64,000 bases of DNA from Tubiluchus corallicola (taxonomy: Eukaryota; Animalia; Priapulida): assembly GCA_030141605.1 (NCBI GenBank), contig JAQGDQ010000032.1:600065-664064 (forward strand), given 5' to 3'. A program made the position numbers and the translations under genes. Shown piece by piece: positions 54,901 to 64,000 of the stretch (within the stretch, counting starts at the first letter, position 1; every line of letters starts with the position of its first letter). The notes beneath the pieces were generated by a model. The model had not been told where the DNA came from. It made no database searches and worked only from the letters and a program-made list of their open reading frames with translations.

Positions 54901-57900
54901 AAATGTGAAACATTAGTTTACAGTAGTTAATGTCAAATTTCTACAACTAAAAACTTAAAAGTTCAGTTTAGTGAACTATATTTTCAGTAAATTATTTTCT
55001 CTCATGTGCTAGCGAAGTAATCATGACAATTTTAATTCTCTGGCTGAAGACAATTAATGGTAACACTAATTATGCACCCAAAAATATATAATGTGTCTGT
55101 GATGTGGTCTAGTTCCCGTGATAGGTGCAGTTGATAACTGGCTAAATTTCAAGGTCACTGCTTATTTGTAGGTAGAACCTAATTACAATCTTAATGCTAG
55201 TATCCAAATGAGACTTTGTACATCTAAATGTGTACAAAAGTACCTGTTTATCTATTGTTCATGTTGTCCTTTTTTACTTTTTTAGAGGAGACTACCCTGC
55301 ACATCATGTTGAGCCAGTCCAGAGAGTGAAAAACTCTTCTGAGTATCATCCACCTACAGAAAAATTTGAAGGAAAATCATCATATAAAGAAAATTTTACA
55401 GGTTTGTGTGTTTCCTGTGGTTACATTTTTATATAATTTGCACTGGTCTGCCATAATTTTAGACTAGAAGCATGTCAATTATGTAAATCGTTATTTGCTT
55501 AATTAAATTATTTAACTTCTTTTTCAATTTAGATGCTCAGCCAGAGAAAGTGAAGCCCATCAGACCGGTGGAGAATATGGTACAGTCAACAGGAAAATTT
55601 GAAGGCGAGCCAACGTCGCGATGTATGCTACTTATAAAACTTCTTATAAATTGAGTTGATATCAGTTATCTGTAGTTACATTAATTTGAATCACCTTTAA
55701 TGGTAGCCACAAGAGGCTAACCTTTTCTTAATACTAAAAACGCTTTTAAGCTGAGGAAGTCTATGTTAGTATGTTTTAATGTGCATTTCTTACTATTGGT
55801 CCCCAGAAGTGTTTACACAGTGAAGCTGCATGCAGTAACCTTCTTTTTCTTGGCTTTATTGATTGTAATGACTATAAAATTTTGCTTGCATAATATTTTA
55901 AGTGTTACAATATAGCTGTAACATGAATTGCAGCTGCATTAATTACATATTTTTGTCAGAATGTTTTTTTTAAAAATGCTCAGGTCTACCTGCAGAAGAG
56001 AGCAAGGGCATTGTCTAAGTTAATTGACGTCAAACACATTGGTTTATCGCTCCGCCTCCGCTGCAATGTAAGCACACTCAGCGGCATTCGGGACAATAGC
56101 TCACGCTGGACAACAACTGTTTAAACTAAATTAAACAACATGACAGTCACAATTAATGTCTAATCAGCAGGTAAACTGATTGCACTTTTTCATAAACACA
56201 AATTTGCATAGCAGCAGCTATTTTTACACGAAATTAACACTTCAAGTAGCCAAAAAATCACATTTCAATTTAAACAGAATGTAGAGAATGAAGTTTCAAA
56301 GCACTACAAAATGTAGAGACATAAGTATAATAAAAAAAAAACTAAGCCAGTTAGCCTTGCTTTACAATAAATGGGCAACAAAATATATTTATGAAAGTCT
56401 CTTTTGTCTTTGAATATATGATAAGACATCATACCTGTGATGTAATTTTTCTAATTTTAACTAATCATGTGGTCGTTTGCAAGCTTTTATCCATTTTTTT
56501 CATTTTTTCAACTGTTTGTTAGACTACAGAAATGGAATAAATTTGATTATTTTATTCCGTAAACGATCTTGCCCAAGTTACGTAAGTCATAAGTCTGAAT
56601 GATATCTTTTAATTATGATTATGACCAGGAAAATAGTATAAAATTGACTATTTCAGAATACAAATTTTAGATTGATATATAACATAAATTTTGATATTAT
56701 TTGAATTAATTTGGACTGTGAAGGTCTTATTAAGGTTTATAAAAACTGACCAGAAAAGAAAACATTTTGCCTGAATGTGAATTCCGATGAGTGTGCTCGC
56801 TTACCACATAATCCTGACAGTTGTCATGTATTCCCGTAGATGAGTTCAACTCTGCCACAAGGCTTCATCTACTGCTAACTGGCCATTCCTACAACCTGCG
56901 CAAACCTCCTTGAAAGTACTCATGCTGTAATTTTTACATGCATGTTAACTTTGAATCATTATACATGCCAACTCGGGCTTCAATATAAATATAATCAATG
57001 TAACGTTATAAATGTCACCTCTGTTTTAGTAAGCCATTTTACATTTGCGATCATTAAAGCAGCGTCATATGATCGGCTTAATTAACCTCGTTGAGTTCAT
57101 TTGTATTTTTTAAAGTTGACACTTTTCTTTATCCAGCTTGCAAGGTCGTACATTACACTTAACTACGTATATTATTAATAGCAAAATCAGTAACTCATAG
57201 ACGCAAGCGCTGCGCATTTCTTCCTATAAAAAAGAAATTATACTATGTATTTACACTAATTCACATGCAATTTTAACCGACAATACAGACAGTCGACAAC
57301 CTGTAATAAGGTCTAAAACCTGGCTGATTTCCCTCCCGCAAATTTATGATAAGTTGAGCATTTTTCGTAAGAATATACTGACAATACATAGTTAGAGCTC
57401 TTGTTCTGAAAGATGAGGTAATGAACCGGTTCTGTGGGCGTGTGAAAAATAGGCACACTGATTGGACATTCAGTAGAGCTTGACTGAGAATGATTGACAC
57501 TTTGTTTGACGTCAATTGCTAGACTGTCAGAAACAGTAAGCGTGACACGTCTGATTAAAATCGAACCAAATTTGCTACTTTCGACTCGAATAAAACCTAA
57601 TTTCGAGATTTGAACACACAACTATGTTCTAACAAGCTTCACTCAGAATCGGAAAAAACAGACCTTCTGATCTAAATATTTATACATGATCTCTATTTAT
57701 AGTAATAGCTATTCTAAAATATTAGCAAAAATTGAAATTGAAAGAAAAGAACAGTTGACAGTCTTTCTATGCACTTTTTGCATAGAGTCTGATAATGTTA
57801 GATTCGGTTATTAGTATTAATTCTGTTAGATTCTGCTAAGTCAGTGCACTGTAAACAAAGTGCTTTACAGCATTTAATGCAGTATTTGTTATAAGGTTTT

Positions 57901-60900
57901 GGATGTGAAGGTACTCCATGTAGTCAAATTCATAATATCGCAGTGAACTTAATTTTATTGTTTCATTGTTGCTGCAGTACTGACACAAAATTGGAAATCT
58001 GTTGTCTGTGGCACTCTTGAACTGTGACGTCCAAGTGACTTTGCAAAATCGCTATCTGTTAGTTGAAGTTATTTTTGCTTTTTGCTAAATAAATTGTGTT
58101 CAAACTTTCATTGATTTTTTGACACTAACAGCACTGTATTAGTACTAGTAGCATTGAAACCATTTGCAAAAACAAATACTGTATTGGATAAACAGTTTGA
58201 AATTATGAGACCTCTCACTAAATTGTGTACATTTACACTGCAGATAGTAGCTTATGATATTTTTATATTGATGCTTTAAAATCGACTATAACTAATCAAT
58301 TTTGCATATTAACATATATAATACGTTATTTTAGCTGATTATAAACAGTGGGATGCAACTCAGCCAGAACGTGTGAAGAAGCAATCGGATTATTCACCAC
58401 CAACAGAACCTTTTAAAGTACGATGTGTTAGATGTGTGTTAAGTTTTATTTCAGCATTGCTGTAGTTGCTGTGTCTTAGGCTGGCAGTGATGACAGTGTT
58501 TGCTAGCTTGACTTATGCTAAAATTGTTAAGAATTTTGAAAGGTTTTACATTAGTACTACCAAGTATCATGTAAAAAATTCTTATTCTTAATTTAGAAGT
58601 GCTTATCATTGGCTCGTACTGAATGTGTCAGATTTAACTATGTTGGATGGGCTACAGTAGTTGAGTCACTTTCTTGGTCATTTTTTCATATCTTTAAATA
58701 TCTATTTGCAGCAGTCGGATAGCACTTACAAGGAAACGTACCCTGGTTATACGGTACCAAAGCGAGAGAGTATGAAACCAAAGGAGCAACCCGTAGCTTC
58801 AGGAGCCCCGTTTGATTCTACTACATCTTCTAGGGAAGACTATAGAGAGCATCCTGTGTCAGCTAGGTATAATAATCAATTTAGTGGCATGGTTTTGTGC
58901 ACAAAGTCAAAACTGTTGTATTGTATATCATATGTCGTATTAATGGTTGCTAGGGATGAGCATCGGACATTCGACAAATGGAATTTGAATGCTCAAATTC
59001 GATTAAAACTAGTTTTTTATCTAATTAGATTCAAACTTAAAACTATAGATTCTAATAATTCAGCACTTCTACTACATACATTCTTTATTGTTAAAACATT
59101 GAAACATTATGCAATCAGCAGAATTTAGTTGTAGTTACTGTGCAAAAATTTTTAATGTTTTTACTGCAGAATAAAATCAAGTAATATGCGTGACCTTAGT
59201 GAGGCCGCATTTTATTAATGAGTCGAAAATTTATTTGAAAATCTTTGAACTGAATTGGAATTCGATTCGAATTCGAAATCTCAAAATTCAGTTTTATTCG
59301 AATCGAAAGTAGCAAATCGATTCGATTTGAATTCGCTTTTTGGCAGAGTATGCTCACATAGGTCCAGGTGTTCAGTGAGAGCTAATGAGAGAGAAAAGTT
59401 TCCTACTCAAGGTGCTGAACTCATGGCCTTCTGTGCACCAAATGTTATAACTGGTAATATTGTACCACTAGTCAGCTAGCATACAGAATTAATGTGGCTT
59501 GTCTTAACATGTCTGACTTGCAGTCAAAAAGCATTATTTTTAATATATGGGATGGGCAATGGGCAACTTCAAAGGTTTCATTGTGCTTCTCTGGTTGATT
59601 ATAATTCTTCTAGGTAATGACATTGAAATGAATCAGTTGGCCAATGTATTTTCAGCTGCTATAAACTAATAGTAATTAATAGCAAGGTAAGTTTCTTATT
59701 GTTTGAGTTGATTGTAGAAAAATGAGAGAAAAGGAGGAATATAAACCAAATCCTATTAAATTTGATGCTCAGTCGACAACAAAAGAAGCATATGGTTCCT
59801 ATCCCGTTACCGGGAAATCTCAGAGTTTCAAGCCAGAGAACAAACCAGTTTCTTCAGGAGAAAAATTTGAAGGTCGCAGCACCATGCAGGAGGAGTTCAA
59901 ATCTCACCCGGTCCAACCACCCAAACCAAAAGTAAGATTCTTCCATTAACTATATAAAACTAGTTAATGCACTTACATGTGGGTACTTGACAAACACTGC
60001 AATCACATTTACAATATTGTTCGTAGTTCATGTATGCAGGTTTTCTCACATGGTACTAACCTACCCTAGCATATTGTTAAGTTTGTATACATTACAGTAA
60101 CTGTTTTGTAGTATTTTCCAAGTCACTTAACAAGTGACTGTCAAGGTCGTTTACCTCTTAATGATTGAAAACTGAATACATACACATTGTATTTGCAATT
60201 GTGCACCCATAGACTGTACCATGTCAGCCATGTCATACACTTGCGAAATATTGATCGTTAGCTTTTTTGTAGCTTTTTTTGAAGTGTGAGTGGTATGATT
60301 TCAGAAAAGCACGAAATTTTTTGGATGGCATAGTTATACAAGATTTCAATTTTTCTATATTTATACAGGAAGACCTGGTTAAAAATAGTGAAAATTAAAT
60401 AATTCAGAAATCCCAGTTTCCCATGATTTTTCTGTTAGAACTAGAAGTTAAGTCTCTGTCTATTAAATGTGTACTATGTAATTATAATGTACACCAGTAT
60501 TACTAACTTTGCTCTCAGAATTTTATGCAAACTAGTCATTGTGTGTTTTCTAGGAAAGAGCAAAATGGCAGCCTTCTGGCGAAAAAATGGAAATATATAG
60601 TTCAAATAAAGAGGATTTTCCTGATCATGGTGTCGTCACCAAAGCACAGCCGATCCGGCCTACTAGTAACAGGTATAAACAGTAAAGTAGCAGTGCCAGC
60701 ACAATCTGCATAATATTGGCACTTCATGTGATGTGTAATTTAGGGTAGTGAACTTAATGTGTTCACTAGGTTAATTTTACAAAAAGTATTCGTGATAGAA
60801 TAATTTGTGTTACTAATCTTAATATGATACTGTAAACCCAAAAAGGCTGACCAAAAACATTGTGCAAGAAAGCAAAAGTTATGTGCTGCAAGCAGTCTTA

Positions 60901-62296
60901 ATATCTAGCAAGTTTAAAATATGTTTGTAATAAATTAGTTACGCTTGATAGTTTAAACTTGTTTCTTGCTGCTTTTGAAGCTACGCATCTGATGCAAAGA
61001 TGGACAATTATTCCACAAGTCGCCAGGATTACAAAATACACTCGGGTGTTGAACGACCAGCACCAGTAAAAGCACAGGACAGTTACAAGCCACCTGAAGG
61101 CAGGTTAGTAAAGCTTAGCATTTCAATTTCTTTTATATGTGGTTTTGAGTATAACTAAACGTATGATTTATGGCTGCATGTAATATGCCTATTTTTTCTG
61201 TAAAGTCCTGCTGAGGTAAATACATATATTATATATATTATATTATTTTTTTCTAGAAAATTGTTTCTTGTTTAGTCATATTACATTAAACTATCTCTTT
61301 CATTTGCAGGTTTGAAGGTCATACTACAACGAGGGATGCATTTCAAGGTTATCAACCAGGAACAAAGCGAGAAAGTTTTAAGCCATTGCAACAGGCTGTT
61401 AGTAGTGGTGCACCATTTGAAGCAAACACTGAAAGTAGAACTGCATTCGGAGTTAAACCTGTAAGTCGTTTTTATTTACTTGGTCAAATTTGATTGTCAG
61501 CATAAGCACTAAGTTTTAGGCCTTTTTATTTTTCATGTTGTGTCAAACCTGTCACCATTGTTTGTCTTTCACTAGTTTACTGGACGCGCAAATTTGGAAA
61601 ATGCACTAAATTAGAAAGTTTTCCATGTTTGCAGGAAGTAAACAGCAGTAGCAAAATAGGTTTTCCCTAGTTTTCCCAAACTTTAAACATGCAATATAAA
61701 AACTCGCATTTTATAAAGGTTTAAACACACACTCAACTTTCTGACCAACTTTTGATGTCTCGGGTATCATTTCGTTCTTTGATCTTTGACATCTATTTCT
61801 TTAATGCCTCGGGTATTTTTCGTCATTTATTTTTTAGTTGTGGCTTTTCAGTGTTTAACATTTAAATGCTTATGCTTCTGAGATGCGAATATCAGATTGT
61901 GCGAACTTAATTTTTCTCAATAATGTATCATAGTTTTACATCTAGATTGCACTTATGTACAGCACTAAAAATTTATGCCAAAAATTTTTTTATTGATTTT
62001 AACCATGGATATTCAAAACAAAATCAGTATACCATAATTACTTGAGTCCCCATCGAGGGCTCAGAAATGTTAATTGTATAACGTCTCATTCGGAATTAAG
62101 CAATTGCAATTCTGATGTAACACTCTTTAGGATATTCAATTTACTTGATATTGCAGCTTTTAGTTGTCAATTTCTCTTGCAGGTAAATGTTTGTCCTGCT
62201 ACTAAGCTAGAGAATGAGGCATTCCGTTCCGAGGATCCTACTGGGCATAGATTTTATGAGGTTCAAAGCCGCCTTGGCTATGCATCACCACAGTGA
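51979..62296 (+). CDS. SAXO: Stabilizer of axonemal microtubules (SAXO1/2, FAM154) homolog, 11 exons
   Basis: Exons 51979-52019, 53972-54154, 55286-55401, 55533-55622, 58335-58417, 58715-58866, 59718-59931, 60554-60672, 60981-61103, 61310-61460, 62183-62296 join in phase. N-terminus CICQICTCGRHHCPH; 11 Mn-like repeats (e.g. FEGKSSYKENF, FDSTTSSREDY, FEGRSTMQEEF); C-terminus CPA...GHRFY. Confidence 0.93.
54662..54675. promoter_or_regulatory. Consensus RFX X-box in SAXO intron 2
   Basis: GTTTCCATGGCAAC. Confidence 0.5.
58951..59361. mobile_element. hAT-like MITE rich in TTCGAA motifs
   Basis: Starts tagggatgagcat and ends atgctcacatag; many ttcgaa/ttcgat units. Related pieces at ~24988-25080, ~57558-57620 (inverted) and ~62820-63117. 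Confidence 0.6.
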
Positions 62297-62819
62297 ATGA
62301 GCAACAAATTTCACCAACAAACCATCAGAATTTTTTTTAGTATTAAAATCTGTATTTTCATCTTAAAATAAAAATATCGAAATTATTGCTTCTTTCATTC
62401 TATCCAAAGATTCATTTTAGTGCATTTTGTGTCTGCTAATTATCATTCTCAAGCAAAATAAGTTTCTTGCTAAAAACCATATTTTCTATTTTTCTCCTGC
62501 TTTCGTATGCTTTTAATATGATTATGGCAATTAGTTGTGTTGTAATGGTATATTTTTATTCAATTCAGCATATTGCAAGTGAAAATATCGTATTCAACAG
62601 CAGGGCTCCACTCAATTTGTAGGGTTGTGGCAGGATTGGAACATGACTCATCAACAGTTTCCTCTAACATGATACAGTAAACTGTTAGAAGTGCTTTAGT
62701 CACATTAGGATGTAAATACAGTACATCCACTCTGTATGAGGTAAAGAGACACCGAAACTAGTATAGTAAATGAACAATTTAAAGCTAGTGTCATTCCTGG
62801 CAATTTCCCACCTGTTCAC

Positions 62820-63117
62820 TACGGTGAGAATCGAACGTTTGAATTCGATTCCAACAAGTTTTTCTAATTTGAGTTTAATTCGAACCTAAAATTATGGATT
62901 CAAATGATTCACCACTTCAACTACAAAATGTTATTTGTTGCGATTTGTTTGCACAACACCATTTTTCAACAGATATTAGTATTTTTAATGCAGGCATAAT
63001 CAAGCAAATATGTATGTTTTTTGCGAGACTGCGTTGAAATTCGGCTTCATTCAACTTCAAAAGTCAAAAATTTGATTTGGTTCGAATTCGCTTTCTCATA
63101 GTGAATCCTTACACCTA
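62820..63117. mobile_element. Diverged copy of the TTCGAA-rich MITE family
   Basis: Shares gaacctaaaat.atggatt with ~25051 and ttcgaattcgcttt with ~59330. Confidence 0.55.
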
Positions 63118-64000
63118 ATGTTCACTGATGTCCTTCACCACTATTCTTACGTATCGATTGCCAACTGTAGCCTGTCAACTATGCACCTTGCCTGTTGGCA
63201 TAAAGAGAAGAAATTTTTATTATATCAGAGTGGAAGTTTACCCCCACCTGTGCAGATATTTTAGAAAAAGTCTTGGAAAGTTGAAATGCAGTACTTCATG
63301 TTTTGCAGACACGACTTTATTCAAATAATTTTATTTGAATCAATTTGTAGTACATTCTGATGACATTGTTATTTTGTTCTTGGTTGGCTGTACTTTTTTG
63401 CGCTAGAAGCATAATGACTTCATAATAAATACTGATAGTAATAATTTTAAGATTATACCCAATATTCACTTCAAAAGTACTGCCTTGTTTAATTAAAAAA
63501 CAATTTAAATTATTGGCGTGCTGTGAACTGAGTGGGAATTGATTCATCAGTTCTTAGGTAGCAAATGAAAGTGGAGCAAGGTATTTTTTGTGCTGTTTCA
63601 CAGCATTAAAGACTTGGGAGGTATTCTCTGTTAGATTTGAGTTAATAATGTATTGTAGCATAATGTGATATTCTATCAGTATTTTAATATAATCTATCGT
63701 ATTGTTACTTTTAGTTCATTACGTATTTTAAGATTGCTGTCTCAGTTGTCAGTAAATTTTTTCACATCTGTGACTTAGCTTATGATGTTGACCAAATTTT
63801 GCTTTAGTAGTAGGAATATGCAATTATGTTCTGGGTTGTTACAAATTTCAAGTTAGGTGAAATTTTAATATGCTGCACTGTTTCTCATTTTATTATTACT
63901 GTTTTGTTATATTATAAATTGAAGCCTAATATTACTTATTAATGTAATCTAATTTATGAATAGGTTGGACAGCATCACTTGTGCAATTCAAACAGCTTTT

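Noticed and set aside
62181-62190. cag|gtaaat as a recursive splice site
   Set aside because: It is simply the start of the last coding exon (Val-Asn) after a short intron.

Overview
AT-rich, intron-rich animal DNA; an invertebrate, possibly a cnidarian (inference). Four protein-coding genes were assembled by hand: an intronless-CDS torsin (2612-3649 +), an 18-exon centlein-like coiled-coil gene (6855-27856 +), a ~21-exon EFL1/EFTUD1 ribosome-maturation GTPase (41975-28229 -) and an 11-exon SAXO/FAM154 axonemal microtubule stabiliser (51979-62296 +). Introns and the EFL1-SAXO gap hold non-autonomous DNA transposons (TTAA/Kolobok-like, TA/pogo-like, 10-bp-TSD MULE-like, hAT-like) and nested, decayed LINEs. 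The main observation is the CNTLN>-<EFL1-SAXO> arrangement: it matches the human head-to-head EFL1-SAXO2 pair (15q25) and the CNTLN...SAXO1 linkage (9p22), suggesting an ancient microsyntenic block. RFX X-boxes, probable overlapping 3' UTRs and decayed minimal hammerhead motifs were also seen. There are no prokaryotic systems, CRISPR arrays, rRNA or tRNA genes. Exon coordinates are manual and unverified by transcripts.
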